Source: Dehalococcoidia bacterium (lineage in GTDB: Bacteria; Chloroflexota; Dehalococcoidia; UBA2979). Taken from it: DNA of 64,000 nucleotides. The position numbers and the translations under genes were made by a program. A model generated the notes under the pieces. That model worked only from the letters and a program-made list of their open reading frames with translations, was not told where the DNA came from and did no database searches. Location of the stretch: assembly GCA_041390685.1 (NCBI GenBank), contig JAWKPL010000001.1, forward strand, positions 556,141-620,140. Reading direction: 5' to 3'. Positions 1 through 9,755 of this stretch are shown one piece after another. The first letter of the stretch is position 1. Every line of letters starts with the position of its first letter.

Positions 1-180
1 GGAGGGTGCTGCCTCGACGCCGGCGGGCGACGGCCAGGTAGCTCCTCAGCGAGGAGCCGCCGGGATGTACGAGCGCGGACTCGATGCGGGCGGGTCTGAT
101 GTCGAGGCGCGTCACGAGACAGCCTCGAGTGACGGGACCCCGTGGTCCCGCGCGCGTGGGTCAGGTGGTGACTTCGAGTG

Positions 181-2181
181 CTAGCTCGACGCCGGGAACG
201 TGACCGGGTCGCCGCCGGTGATCGCCGCCACGGCGTGGTTGGCGGAGCGGAGGGCGCCTTCGATGAAGCCCTGGAAGTCTGAGTACGCTTCGCCGCAGAC
301 GTGGACGTTGGGGGTGGTGGAGCCTTCGAGGGGGAAGGCGCGGAGGCGGGCGCGGACCTCGGTGGAGTCGATGCCGGGCTTCCAGCAGTAGGCGGCGCCG
401 CCGAAGGCCTCGTGGGACCAGTCGTGGATGCCGAAGGAGCGCACGTCCGCGAGGGCGTCCTCGAGGCGTTCGGTAAGGACGTCGGCGGGGCCTCGGAGGA
501 GGCGGGGGACCCAGCTGTGGTCGGCGCCAAAGAGGTCCGAGAACAGGTCCTCGAGGATGTCGTGCTCCGCGGGGGAGCAGGCGCGGAGGTGGGCGGCGAT
601 GACGCCGGCGAGGGTCTGGCCGGGCTCGCGGCCGCGGCGGACGAGCTCCTCGCCGAGGCGACCGAGGGCCTCGACGAGGCCTTCCTCGACGCGAGTGCGC
701 TGGGCGTTGATCTTCGCGATGACGTCCGGGTTGGCCTCGACGAGGAGCTGGCGGACGAGGGAGCGGCGGAGCGCGTTGAGGCGCGGGTCGTCCTCGGAGG
801 CGTCGCCGGCGACGTGGGTGACGGCGTTGAAGCCGGGGCCCTCCGGGAGGAGGGGACGCCAGAACTCGATGAAGGGGTGGTCGGTGTAGAGCATGACCAT
901 GCCCGCCTCGACGGGGCAGGCGCAGACGGCCTCGGGGTCGGCGGCGGCGGGGCAGTCGGGGCTCGGCCCGGGGTGGGTGAAGTAGTGGAGCTCGCGGGTG
1001 GGGACGAGCCAGGCGAGCGATTGCGCCTCGGCGTGGGGGCTCCACCACGGATGGTCGACGACGAGGAAGGCCTTGAGGAGCGGGAGCGGCAGCACCGACT
1101 CGACGTCGGCCTGCAGCTGCGGAGTGAACGCGGCGGCGAAGCGGCGCAGTGGGGCCTGTGGGAGGGCGAGTACGGCGTGCTCGACGTTGAGGGGCGGTGC
1201 GCCCTCGACAGCAACATCGAGCGTGCCGTCGGGGCGGCCGGCGAGCCGACGGACGGCGGCGCCGAGCTCGAGCTTCACGCTGGGGAGGGCGGTGAGCTTC
1301 GCGAGGAGGCGGTCGACGAGGGTCTCGACGCCGTTGCCGCTGCTGGGGGCAAAGGTCATGAGGCGGGCGCCGGCGGTGGACGCCTGGCGGAGCCAGAAGA
1401 TGCCCCACTCGGCGGCGTTCGGGTTGTGCTCGATGAAGTGGTAGAAGGTGCCGGTGTCGCGGATGCGGGCGAGCGCGCCGGGGGAGATGGTCTCGGCGAG
1501 GGCGTTCCAGAGGCCGAGGTCGTGGAGCAGCGGACCGTTGGGGTCGGCGTGGAGGCGGCCCTCGCGGCGGAGGGTGTCGAGGTAGGCCTGGACGGCCTCG
1601 TAGTCGGGGTTGTCGAACGCGGCGTCGATGCGGGCGCGAAGGACGGCGAACTCGGCGGGACCTCGGCGACCGGCGTCGTCGCCGGTGGCGGCGGCGAGTG
1701 CGACGGAGACCTCGGACTCGTCGGGGGCGCCGTAGAACATGCGGAGCACGGCCCACATCAGCAGGTGCGAGGAGCGCTCGAAGCTCGCCTCAACATCGGT
1801 CTGGTCGTACTGCGTGGGTGAGACAGGCGCGGTGGTGGGGGAGAAGGGGACGAACTCGATCTCGAGGTGCTGCGCGAGGCGGAGGAGCTCCTGCTGGAGC
1901 TCGGGCTCGAAGCGCATGGGGCCGAACTCCGCGACAAAGGCGTCGCCGTCGCGGGCGGGGAGGTGGACGGTCTCGATGCGTCCGCCCCAGCGGTCGCCTT
2001 GTTCGAGGACGGTGACGGAGCAGCCGGCGAGGCCGAGGCGGTAGGCGGCGTAGAGGCCGCCGATGCCGCCCCCGACGACGGCGACGCGGGTTGGGGTGGC
2101 GGGCGGTGTCCGATCCTCGGAGGTCACGAGGGGTGTATAGACGTGCGGGGGCGACGGGTCAACGGGGTGGGTTGACTCCAT
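181..2181 (-). CDS. Flavin-containing amine oxidase / FAD-dependent oxidoreductase (667 aa)
   Basis: Real portion of ORF 181..2778. N-terminal Rossmann motif 'VAVVGGGIGGLYAAYRL' follows the in-frame ATG 'MESTHPV' (M200 of the track ORF). The rest is typical amine-oxidase-like. Divergent from the XDH-like gene. Confidence 0.7.
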   Translation of the reverse strand: MESTHPVDPSPPHVYTPLVTSEDRTPPATPTRVAVVGGGIGGLYAAYRLGLAGCSVTVLEQGDRWGGRIETVHLPARDGDAFVAEFGPMRFEPELQQELLRLAQHLEIEFVPFSPTTAPVSPTQYDQTDVEASFERSSHLLMWAVLRMFYGAPDESEVSVALAAATGDDAGRRGPAEFAVLRARIDAAFDNPDYEAVQAYLDTLRREGRLHADPNGPLLHDLGLWNALAETISPGALARIRDTGTFYHFIEHNPNAAEWGIFWLRQASTAGARLMTFAPSSGNGVETLVDRLLAKLTALPSVKLELGAAVRRLAGRPDGTLDVAVEGAPPLNVEHAVLALPQAPLRRFAAAFTPQLQADVESVLPLPLLKAFLVVDHPWWSPHAEAQSLAWLVPTRELHYFTHPGPSPDCPAAADPEAVCACPVEAGMVMLYTDHPFIEFWRPLLPEGPGFNAVTHVAGDASEDDPRLNALRRSLVRQLLVEANPDVIAKINAQRTRVEEGLVEALGRLGEELVRRGREPGQTLAGVIAAHLRACSPAEHDILEDLFSDLFGADHSWVPRLLRGPADVLTERLEDALADVRSFGIHDWSHEAFGGAAYCWKPGIDSTEVRARLRAFPLEGSTTPNVHVCGEAYSDFQGFIEGALRSANHAVAAITGGDPVTFPASS

Positions 2182-2263
2182 GGACCAAGCGCGGCGGCTG
2201 GCGATTGTGTTCCTCGAACGGGTGTGGTAACCCCTACGCGAAATCGGGAAGCGGAGGTGCATC

Positions 2264-4540
2264 GTGGTCGCGACAGAGCCGTACAAGGTGGTAGGTACCC
2301 GGCCGGTGCGTCCGGACGGGGTGGACAAGGTGACGGGCCGCGCGATGTACGGCGCGGACGTGAAGATGCCAGGGCTGCTGTACGCGCGGGTGAAGCGGAG
2401 CCCGCACGCGCACGCGGTAATCAAGCGGATTGACACCTCGAAGGCGGAGGCGCTGCCGGGGGTGAAGGCGGTGGTGACGCGGGCGGACTTCCGGACGGCG
2501 CCGGAGGGGCTGGTCGACCTCGGCGAGGGGACGGGCAACCTCAAGTACATGCTCGACAACGTGTGCGCGAGCGACAAGGCGCTGTATCGCGGGCACGCGG
2601 TGGCGGCGGTGGCGGCGACGGACCTGCACATCGCGGAGGACGCGCTCGACCTGATCGAGGTGGAGTACGAGGTGCTGCCGCCGGTGCTGAACGTGCGCGA
2701 CGCGATGACGGAGAGCGCGCCGATCCTGCACGACGACCTGCGTACGGCGGAGATGATCAGCCTGTTCGAGCCGCCCACCCCAGGGGCGGGTCAGGCGACG
2801 AACGTCGCGAGCCACATGCGGCTGGCGCAGGGCGACATGGTGGCGGGGTTCGCGGAGGCGGACATCGTGCTCGAGCGGGAGTTCGAGACCTCGATGGCGC
2901 ACCAGGGGTACATCGAGCCGCACAACGCGACGGTGCTGTGGAACAAGGACGACGACATCACGGTATGGACGAGCACGCAGGGGCCGTTCTCGGTGCGGTC
3001 GGCACTGGCGGGGCTGCTCGACCACCCGGTGTCGAAGATCCGGGTGATGCCGGTGGAGATTGGCGGCGGGTTCGGTGGGAAGATCCCCGTGTACCTCGAG
3101 CCGTTCGCGGCGCTGCTGTCGAAGAAGTCGGGCGCGCCGGTGAAGATGTGGATGACGCGCGAGGAGGTGCTCGAGGCAACGGGGCCGACCTCGGGGACGT
3201 ACATGCGGGCGAAGCTGGGCGCGAAGCGTGACGGCACGATCACGGCGGCGGAGGTGTACCTGGCGTTCGAGGCGGGTGCGTACCCGGGGTCGCCGGTGGG
3301 CGCGGGCGTGATGTGCGCGGTGGCGCCGTACACGATCCCGAACGTGCAGGTGGACGGGTTCGACGTGGTGGTGAACCGGCCGAAGGTGGCAGCGTACCGC
3401 GGGCCGGGCGCGCCGCAGGCGGAGTTCGCGGTGGAGTCGGTCGTCGACGAGATCGCCGAAGAGCTGGGGATGGACCCGATCGACCTGCGGATGAAGAACG
3501 CGGCCGTCGAGGGGACGCGTCGCGCGGATGGGGTCGTCTTCGGACGCATCGGCAACGTGGAGGTACTGCAGGCGATCAAGGACAGCCCGCACTACCGAAG
3601 CGAGCTGGAGGGTGAGAACCGGGGTCGCGGCGTGGCGATCGGGTTCTGGTTCAACGTAGGCTTCGAGTCGGCGGCGTACGCCTCGGTGAACACGGACGGG
3701 ACGGTGGCGTTGACGACGGGGTCACCGGACATCGGAGGGACGCGGGCGGCGCACGCGATGCAACTCGCGGAAGCCCTCGGCATTCCGTACGAGGACGTGA
3801 AGCCGCACGTGGTGGACACGGACTCGATCGGATACACGAACGTGACAGGCGGCAGCCGAACGGCGTTCGCCGGCGGCTGGGCCGCGTACGAGGCAGCGAT
3901 GGACATCGCGCGGCAACTGGAGGCGCGGGCGGCGCACATCTGGGAAGTGGACGCCGGCAGCGTGCGGTACGAGGACGGGAAGCTGTCCGGGCCAGAGGGC
4001 CGGACGATGACGTTCAAGGAGATTGCCGCGCAGCTGCCGCACACCGGCGGCATGGTCCAGGGTCGTGCGAGCGTGAACCCGACGGAGGTTGGGCCCTCGT
4101 TCGCGGGGCACATCTGCGACGTAGAGGTCGACCCGGACACGGGGAAGGTGGAGATCCTGCGCTACACGGCGGTGCAGGACGTAGGGCAGGCGGTGCACCC
4201 CTCGTACGTCGAAGGGCAGATGCAGGGCGGGGCCTCGCAGGGCATCGGGATGGCGCTGAACGAAGAGTACTTCTACGACGAGAACGGCGTGATGCGGAAC
4301 TCGAGCCTGCTCGACTACCGGATGCCGACGGCACTGGACCTGCCGATGATCGACACGATCCTCGTGCAGGTGCCGAGCGAGGGGCACCCGTACGGTCTGC
4401 GCGGGGTGGGCGAGGTGCCGATCGTGCCGCCGATGGCGACCGTGTCGAACGCGATCTACCACGCGACGGGGCTGCGGATGCGGAAGCTTCCCGCCTCGCC
4501 ACGGGTGTTGCTGGACGAGCTGCTGGGGCCGGAGGCGTAA
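2264..4540 (+). CDS. Xanthine dehydrogenase family / aerobic CO-dehydrogenase CoxL-like molybdopterin-binding large subunit (758 aa), orphan
   Basis: Translation 'MVATEPYKVVGTRPVRPDGVDKVTGRAMYGADVK...' has typical Mo-hydroxylase large-subunit signatures throughout. GTG start 6 nt after GGAGG. No FAD or 2Fe-2S subunit genes adjacent. Confidence 0.85.
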   Translation: MVATEPYKVVGTRPVRPDGVDKVTGRAMYGADVKMPGLLYARVKRSPHAHAVIKRIDTSKAEALPGVKAVVTRADFRTAPEGLVDLGEGTGNLKYMLDNVCASDKALYRGHAVAAVAATDLHIAEDALDLIEVEYEVLPPVLNVRDAMTESAPILHDDLRTAEMISLFEPPTPGAGQATNVASHMRLAQGDMVAGFAEADIVLEREFETSMAHQGYIEPHNATVLWNKDDDITVWTSTQGPFSVRSALAGLLDHPVSKIRVMPVEIGGGFGGKIPVYLEPFAALLSKKSGAPVKMWMTREEVLEATGPTSGTYMRAKLGAKRDGTITAAEVYLAFEAGAYPGSPVGAGVMCAVAPYTIPNVQVDGFDVVVNRPKVAAYRGPGAPQAEFAVESVVDEIAEELGMDPIDLRMKNAAVEGTRRADGVVFGRIGNVEVLQAIKDSPHYRSELEGENRGRGVAIGFWFNVGFESAAYASVNTDGTVALTTGSPDIGGTRAAHAMQLAEALGIPYEDVKPHVVDTDSIGYTNVTGGSRTAFAGGWAAYEAAMDIARQLEARAAHIWEVDAGSVRYEDGKLSGPEGRTMTFKEIAAQLPHTGGMVQGRASVNPTEVGPSFAGHICDVEVDPDTGKVEILRYTAVQDVGQAVHPSYVEGQMQGGASQGIGMALNEEYFYDENGVMRNSSLLDYRMPTALDLPMIDTILVQVPSEGHPYGLRGVGEVPIVPPMATVSNAIYHATGLRMRKLPASPRVLLDELLGPEA

Positions 4541-4564
4541 GGCGAGCAGACGGGACGACGGTCC

Positions 4565-5383
4565 TCAACGGGCCCGGGGCAATGCCTCGGGCCCGTTCCT
4601 GTGGCGGGTGACGGCGTAGAGCAGCGCCGCGCCGACCAACGCGACCACGATGGCGCTCAACTGGGCCTGCTTGAGGCCGAGCAGGGTGACGGTGTTGTCG
4701 CGCCAGAAGAAGACGATGAACTGGGTGATGCTGTAACCGACCAGGTAGAGCGCGAAGATCGCTCCAGGCACGGTCTTGCGGCGGAGCAAGACGACGAGGA
4801 AGCCCAGCAGGAGCAGGTTGGCGAGGATGGCATACGCCGCGGCGGGATGGTAGGGGACGCCGAGCTCCGGGACGAAGGCGCGTTCGTGGACGTAGCGCGT
4901 GGCCCAGGGGACGGTGGTCTCGTAACCGATGACGTCGCCATTGATGACGTTCCCGAGGCGGCCAAAGGGCTGGCCGACGAGTGCGGCCACCGCCATGGCA
5001 TCGAGGAGGGGCCAGACGGAGATGTGGCGCCAGCGAGCGAAGGCGATGGTGACCGCGGCGACGGCGATGATGGCGCCGAAGAAGGCCATGCCGCCCTCCC
5101 ACACGGCGAACACCTCGGCGGGATGGTCCAGGTAGTAGCCGGGGCGGTTCTGAGCCACGTAGTAGAGGCGGCCACCGAGGAGGCCGGCGGGGATGGCGAG
5201 CACCGCGAGGTCCCAGAGCTCATCGACGCGGGCGCCGAGGCGCGGGGCGAGGCGGCGCAGGACGAGCACGGCGGCGAGGATGCCGGCGACGTACATGAGG
5301 CCGTACCAGCGCACGGAGAGCGGGCCGAGCGTGAAGGCCACGGGGTCGATGGAGATGGTGATTGCCAGAAGGTCGAGAGCCAT
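4565..5383 (-). CDS. lgt: Prolipoprotein diacylglyceryl transferase
   Basis: 272 aa multi-TM protein with Lgt signature 'GQPFGRLGNVINGDVIGYETTVPW' and an N-terminus like 'RWYGLMYVAGI'. Confidence 0.85.
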   Translation of the reverse strand: MALDLLAITISIDPVAFTLGPLSVRWYGLMYVAGILAAVLVLRRLAPRLGARVDELWDLAVLAIPAGLLGGRLYYVAQNRPGYYLDHPAEVFAVWEGGMAFFGAIIAVAAVTIAFARWRHISVWPLLDAMAVAALVGQPFGRLGNVINGDVIGYETTVPWATRYVHERAFVPELGVPYHPAAAYAILANLLLLGFLVVLLRRKTVPGAIFALYLVGYSITQFIVFFWRDNTVTLLGLKQAQLSAIVVALVGAALLYAVTRHRNGPEALPRAR

Positions 5384-5464
5384 TGGCGCGGTCCGATCGT
5401 TGAAGCGGGCGAGCGTGGCCGAGGCCCGGACGTGGTCCGCCCGAGCCTCGGCCAGCCGTCGGCG

Positions 5465-5875
5465 CTAGGGCGCGACCACCTTCAACCAGAGCGTAAGCGC
5501 TCTCGCGTCGTCCGGCGTGAGGGACGCGGTCTTCGACCACGCCGGCATTGCGGTGCCGGAGCGACCGTTGAGAATCGTGTCCTCGTAGACGGCGTTGTCC
5601 CTGGTGAGTTTCTTCGGCGTCAACTCGGGGCCGACTCCACCCTGACGCTTCGCGCCGTGGCAGGCCGAGCAGTTGGCCTGGAAGAACTCAGCGACCGGCT
5701 GACCTTTGACTTTGCCCTCGGCGGCTGCAGCGGCCTCAGCGCTCGTGACGGTGGTGGTCGCGGCGGCGTCGCCACCCGACTCCTCGTCCGACCCACTGGA
5801 GCATGCGGCTGCGATGAGTGTGAGGAGGGCGAGACTCAGCGCGAGCAGCGATGCGCGCGTCGTTGAAGCACTCAT
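5465..5875 (-). CDS. c-type cytochrome, probable lipoprotein (~136 aa)
   Basis: Signal peptide ending in the lipobox-like 'LIAAAC', heme-binding 'CSACHG', and a Met ligand region. Start taken at the internal M8 ('MSASTTRASLL'). Confidence 0.7.
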   Translation of the reverse strand: MSASTTRASLLALSLALLTLIAAACSSGSDEESGGDAAATTTVTSAEAAAAAEGKVKGQPVAEFFQANCSACHGAKRQGGVGPELTPKKLTRDNAVYEDTILNGRSGTAMPAWSKTASLTPDDARALTLWLKVVAP

Positions 5876-6016
5876 GGTGCTGTTCCTTTCGCTCAAGGTG
5901 TGGAACGAGATCAGGGCGCCGCGCCGCCCTCGTGCCGTCGTTCCAAGGCGGCTCGCGAGGTCGTGCCTCGAGGGCTGGGACCAGAACGGAGCGGCAAGTG
6001 CTCGCGGCGCCGGCGA

Positions 6017-6583
6017 CTACGCCTTCGGCGGCGGGTCAGGGGCGGAGGTGAGCCAGGAAACGAGCGACCGATCGGGGCAGGTGGACGCGGCGATCCACGG
6101 GGATGAGAGCGGGGGCGCGACCGGAGGTTCGGGTACCAGCATGGACACCGAGAGCAGCGTCTGGTCGAACGTGAACACGACATCCTGGCGCGCGGCGGCA
6201 GCGGCTGTGTCGTCCTCGATGGCCGCGCCGGAAGCTTCGCCGGAGGGGGCAGGCACGATGCCATCGGGGTGCAGCTCGCAGAGGTGGAAGACCGGCGCGG
6301 CCGCAGGCGCGGGGCCTGGCGCTTGCTCCCACGGGTGTGTGTGCGGGACCGGCACGCCACCGGCGTAGATGTGGCCGTGCGACGCAGACCAGCCGGCGAG
6401 CCCGGGCGACAGCGGGGTGAGGATGGGGAGGAAGAGCGAGGCCACGGCCGCGAACGCGAGCAAGCGCGCGACCGGAGCGTTTGTGAACCGTGTAACGAAC
6501 CCGTACACGACCGCAGTATGGGCGGGCGGACGGCGGCGTTCAACGGGGCGGCCGCCCCTGGAACGCAGGAGGCCGTGCGTCAC
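6017..6583 (-). CDS. Hypothetical membrane-anchored protein with His motifs (HGH, HTH, HLCELH)
   Basis: ORF with strong GC3 bias. One TM segment 'VARLLAFAAVASLFLPILTPL' followed by a Pro/Ala-rich region. No family recognised and the start is uncertain. Confidence 0.4.
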   Translation of the reverse strand: MTHGLLRSRGGRPVERRRPPAHTAVVYGFVTRFTNAPVARLLAFAAVASLFLPILTPLSPGLAGWSASHGHIYAGGVPVPHTHPWEQAPGPAPAAAPVFHLCELHPDGIVPAPSGEASGAAIEDDTAAAAARQDVVFTFDQTLLSVSMLVPEPPVAPPLSSPWIAASTCPDRSLVSWLTSAPDPPPKA

Positions 6584-6671
6584 GCCGAGGCGGCGATGTG
6601 CGAAACGGATTCACCGCGCTTCCTGCTCGGAGGCAGCGAGCGCGCGCGGGAGGCACCGAGACCGTCGTTCG

Positions 6672-7400
6672 TCAGAGCGGGTCGTCGCCCGCCGCTGCGC
6701 GGAGGCCCGCTACGTCTTGGATCTGAATGGTGTTGCGAGAGAGGGAGAGGAGCCCGCGGTCTCGGAAGTCGCCGAGCGCCCGGGTCACGGTCTCGCGGTG
6801 GGTGCCGACCGTCTCGGCGAGTTCCTGGTGGGTCATCGACAGACGGTCGCCGCGCTGCTCCCAGGCGCGGACGAGGGCGGCGGCGACTCGGGACGGGACA
6901 TCGCGGAGGGTGCTCTCCTCGAGGCGCGCTTCGAGGTCGACGAGGCGTCCGGCGAGGATCTGGACGAGGCGGATGCCGATGACCGGATAGGCGGCGATGA
7001 GGCCCTCGATGTCGCTGGGGCTCATGACGCAGATCGTTGAGTCCTCGGTGGCCTCGGCGTAGCCGCCGAGCATGCGGTTGCCGGTGAAGGACATATTGCC
7101 GAAGGCAGTGCCAGGGAGGACGGTGCCGATGGTGAGCTTGCGGCCGTCGGCGGCGAGCCGGTAGATCTGAATGCGACCCTGTTTCAGCAAAAACAGCGCC
7201 TCTGACGCGATACCGGGCTCATAGACGGTGCGGCCGGCGGGACAGGTGGTCATGACGGTCATCTGGTCGACCTGGCGCATTTGCTCCTCGGAGAGGTCGC
7301 GGAAGAGGTCGGAGGCGCTGAGGAGTCCGAGCTTGCTTTCGAGCGAGCGGGCGGGCCGGGGAGCGGCGGCCGGCGGGGGTTCACGGCGAAACAGCTTCAT
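6672..7400 (-). CDS. Crp/Fnr family transcriptional regulator
   Basis: 242 aa with a cNMP-binding-like beta-roll and C-terminal HTH ('THQELAETVGTHRETVTRALGDF'). Its start overlaps the upstream thioredoxin stop (ATGA). Confidence 0.8.
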   Translation of the reverse strand: MKLFRREPPPAAAPRPARSLESKLGLLSASDLFRDLSEEQMRQVDQMTVMTTCPAGRTVYEPGIASEALFLLKQGRIQIYRLAADGRKLTIGTVLPGTAFGNMSFTGNRMLGGYAEATEDSTICVMSPSDIEGLIAAYPVIGIRLVQILAGRLVDLEARLEESTLRDVPSRVAAALVRAWEQRGDRLSMTHQELAETVGTHRETVTRALGDFRDRGLLSLSRNTIQIQDVAGLRAAAGDDPL

Positions 7401-7657
7401 GCCGGGCCCCCGGCCAGACGGATGGCCGCCTCGAGGTCGGCGAGCCTCGGGTTGCCGAGGGAGACGACGCGGCCGTTGAGGATGTAGGTGGGCACCGCCG
7501 CGACGAGGTGGCGGTGTGCTCCCTGGTCGCCGCGGGCGTACACGAGCGTCACCGTCACCTCCGGGTGCTCCGCTTCCACCTGGCGGGCGAGGGCGGCGGC
7601 CCGCTGGCAGGTGGCGCAGCCTTCGTCCACGTAGACCTCGAGCTCAATGGTATCCAT
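7397..7657 (-). CDS. Small thioredoxin/glutaredoxin-like protein (CATC active site)
   Basis: 86 aa, 'VYVDEGCATCQRA...PTYILNGRVV' fits the thioredoxin fold. Confidence 0.7.
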   Translation of the reverse strand: MDTIELEVYVDEGCATCQRAAALARQVEAEHPEVTVTLVYARGDQGAHRHLVAAVPTYILNGRVVSLGNPRLADLEAAIRLAGGPA

Positions 7658-7663
7658 CGGCGG

Positions 7664-8461
7664 TCAGACCCGGCTTGGCAGCTGGAAGGTGCGGTCGAGG
7701 AAGGGGATGCGGGCGAGGCGGCTCATGTGGAGTCCGAAGACCACGAGCAGCAATCCTCCGGCGCGGGTGAAGGTATCGAGGTGCGGCCCGATGGCAGAGC
7801 CGGCGAGTCCGGAGAGGGCGCCGAGAATGGTGAAGACGAGGGCGAAGCCCGCGACGAAGACGGCGGCATGCCGCAGCATGTGCCGCCTCTGCGCCGCAGT
7901 CTCCTCACCGGGGCGGACGACCTCGCCGGTGAGGGTGGCGAGGTACACGGGGACGAGCGGGAGCACGCAGGGGGAGAGGAAGGAGAGCATGCCGCCGAGG
8001 AAGGCGACGCCGAAGCCGAGCCAGCCCCCGAGGCCGGCGACCGCGCGCTGCTCGGCATCAGCCGCCTGGCCGAAGGCGAAGCCGTAGGCGAGGAAGTATT
8101 CGTTGAGGCGGGCGAATTGCCCGGTGAGAAGGGCGATGCCGACGAGGATGAACAGGACGCCTCCGGCCACCGTGAGCCAGGGCAGGTACGGCTGCGCCTG
8201 ACGCAGGCGAGGCATGAGGGAACCGAACGCGGCTCCGATGGCAAGGAACCACCCCCCGAGCCCGAGTGCGTAGGCGAGCAACAGCACCGCGCCCTGCGCC
8301 GCCGTGCCAGAGGTGGCGGCCAGAGTGAGGATGCCCGCGAGGATGGGGCCGATGCAGGGCGACCATGCGACTGCGAACGTGGCCCCGACCGCGGCAGAGC
8401 GGGGGTAGCCGCCGAGCGCGGACCGCCAGGCCGGACGCTGACCGAGCGCGGGGTCCGTCAT
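7664..8461 (-). CDS. ccdA: Cytochrome c biogenesis / DsbD-family transmembrane electron transporter CcdA, permuted domain order
   Basis: 265 aa. 'WSPCIGPIL' (canonical TM4 motif) lies in the N-terminal half and 'FLSPCVLPLVPVYLA' (canonical TM1 motif) in the C-terminal half. The ATG overlaps the stop of the upstream ResA-like gene (ATGA). Confidence 0.8.
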   Translation of the reverse strand: MTDPALGQRPAWRSALGGYPRSAAVGATFAVAWSPCIGPILAGILTLAATSGTAAQGAVLLLAYALGLGGWFLAIGAAFGSLMPRLRQAQPYLPWLTVAGGVLFILVGIALLTGQFARLNEYFLAYGFAFGQAADAEQRAVAGLGGWLGFGVAFLGGMLSFLSPCVLPLVPVYLATLTGEVVRPGEETAAQRRHMLRHAAVFVAGFALVFTILGALSGLAGSAIGPHLDTFTRAGGLLLVVFGLHMSRLARIPFLDRTFQLPSRV

Positions 8462-8967
8462 GAGGCCTGTTGCAGCGCGGCCTCGATGGCACCGGAGAAC
8501 TGGGCGGCGGAGGGCTGATAGAAGAAGCGCGTCACCTCGCGGCCTGCGCCATCGAGGAGGACGAACGTGGGGGTGCCTCGTACCGCGTACTTCGACGATG
8601 CGCCGCGGTCGCGGTTCGCCTCCTTTTCGACGAAGCGCATGCGGTCTCGGAACCCGGCGGCGGTCTGGTGCGCGAAGGGCTCCATCTGCGCGCAGAACTC
8701 GCAGGAGGTGCCAGAGAACCAGACGAGGGTGGGGCGGCCGTCGGGCGAGGGGGCGTCCGCGCTGGGGAGCGGGTCCGGAGAGTGATAGACGGTGTGGTGC
8801 GAGCCCGAGTAGCGGACGACGGCGCCGCCGGCGTTCGCCTCCGCGGCCTCCTGCGTCGCAGCGCTGGCGGCTCCGCCGCCGCCTTCATCGGAGGAGCCAC
8901 CGAGCGCGTACACGCCGAGCGCGATGACGAGGGCGGCGACAGCGGCCAGCGGGAGCCAGCGGCGCAC
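8458..8967 (-). CDS. Membrane-anchored TlpA/ResA-like thiol:disulfide oxidoreductase (CEFC)
   Basis: Only the C-terminal 169 aa of track ORF 8458..9537 look real: TM anchor, 'WFSGTSCEFCAQ', thioredoxin fold. The upstream part is Arg-rich read-through. GTG start with GGGAG 7 nt upstream. Confidence 0.7.
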   Translation of the reverse strand: MRRWLPLAAVAALVIALGVYALGGSSDEGGGGAASAATQEAAEANAGGAVVRYSGSHHTVYHSPDPLPSADAPSPDGRPTLVWFSGTSCEFCAQMEPFAHQTAAGFRDRMRFVEKEANRDRGASSKYAVRGTPTFVLLDGAGREVTRFFYQPSAAQFSGAIEAALQQAS

Positions 8968-9143
8968 GAGCGGGCTCCCAGTTGACCTTCGTTTCTGCTG
9001 CTGCTTTGCCTGGCGGCGTCGCTCGCTGGGTGTCACCCTGCACCTCCCGTGGCGTATTTCGCTCGATGCTTCCCAACACAGGGCAGCACGCGGCGCGGGC
9101 CGCGGGCTGTGATCTGCGTCACGCAGGTCTCTTATCGGAAGCC

Positions 9144-9644
9144 TCAGCGGCGACGGGCGCCGCCGGTGAGCGCGAGCAGGAGTCCGGCCATCGCACCGAA
9201 CGCGAACGTGTGTGACACAAATTGCAGCGGCCGGTCGGCGTCGGTGAACCAGTCGCGGCCGGCGGCGGGAGCGAGGACGTAGAAGTTGACGAGCCAGATG
9301 ACAGCACCGTAGGCCATGGCCAGTGAGAGCGTGCCGTAGAGGGAGCCCCGAGCGGCGGGAACGACCTCGATGAGCGCGGCGAGCGCCACCCCGAGCATCA
9401 TCGACACCATCATGTGGGTGACGAGGCCGAGGGGGATGGCGGCGGCGAGACCGATGTCTTCGGGCATCCTGCCGAGGGGCAGGGAGGCAATCATGCGCAG
9501 GGGCATCCAGAAGCCCATGCCGACGGCCGCGGACCACGTCATCGCGACCATGGCCATGGCCATCCCGGCTACGGCGCCGACGACGGCACCTCGGACTACG
9601 ACTGTGCTGGACTGTCGGGTGGCGACTTCGCTGACAGCAGACAC
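9144..9644 (-). CDS. Hypothetical integral membrane protein (4 TM)
   Basis: 166 aa hydrophobic ORF with coding-like composition. No family assigned. Confidence 0.45.
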   Translation of the reverse strand: MSAVSEVATRQSSTVVVRGAVVGAVAGMAMAMVAMTWSAAVGMGFWMPLRMIASLPLGRMPEDIGLAAAIPLGLVTHMMVSMMLGVALAALIEVVPAARGSLYGTLSLAMAYGAVIWLVNFYVLAPAAGRDWFTDADRPLQFVSHTFAFGAMAGLLLALTGGARRR

Positions 9645-9755
9645 CGCGGGGCTCCTCTCTCCTCGTCCGTTGGTCTCCCGAAGCTAGGAGCCGCCAGCCG
9701 CGGCGACAGTGACGGCGGTCACCGGCAGCCGTGATCTCGCGGGCATGAGAGCGAC

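Noticed and set aside
1-180. Possible gene fragment at the 5' edge
   Set aside because: It is too short and has no recognisable motif, so I left it unannotated.
161-1821. Long ORFs 161..1756(-) and 301..1821(+) overlapping the amine oxidase gene
   Set aside because: They are Arg/Pro/Gly-rich low-complexity translations, typical of off-frame reading at 70% GC. The in-frame ORF with the GGGIGG FAD motif explains the region.
8458-9537. 359-aa ORF implying a long N-terminal extension on the ResA-like thioredoxin
   Set aside because: The extension is Arg-rich read-through. A GTG with an RBS directly precedes the TM anchor.
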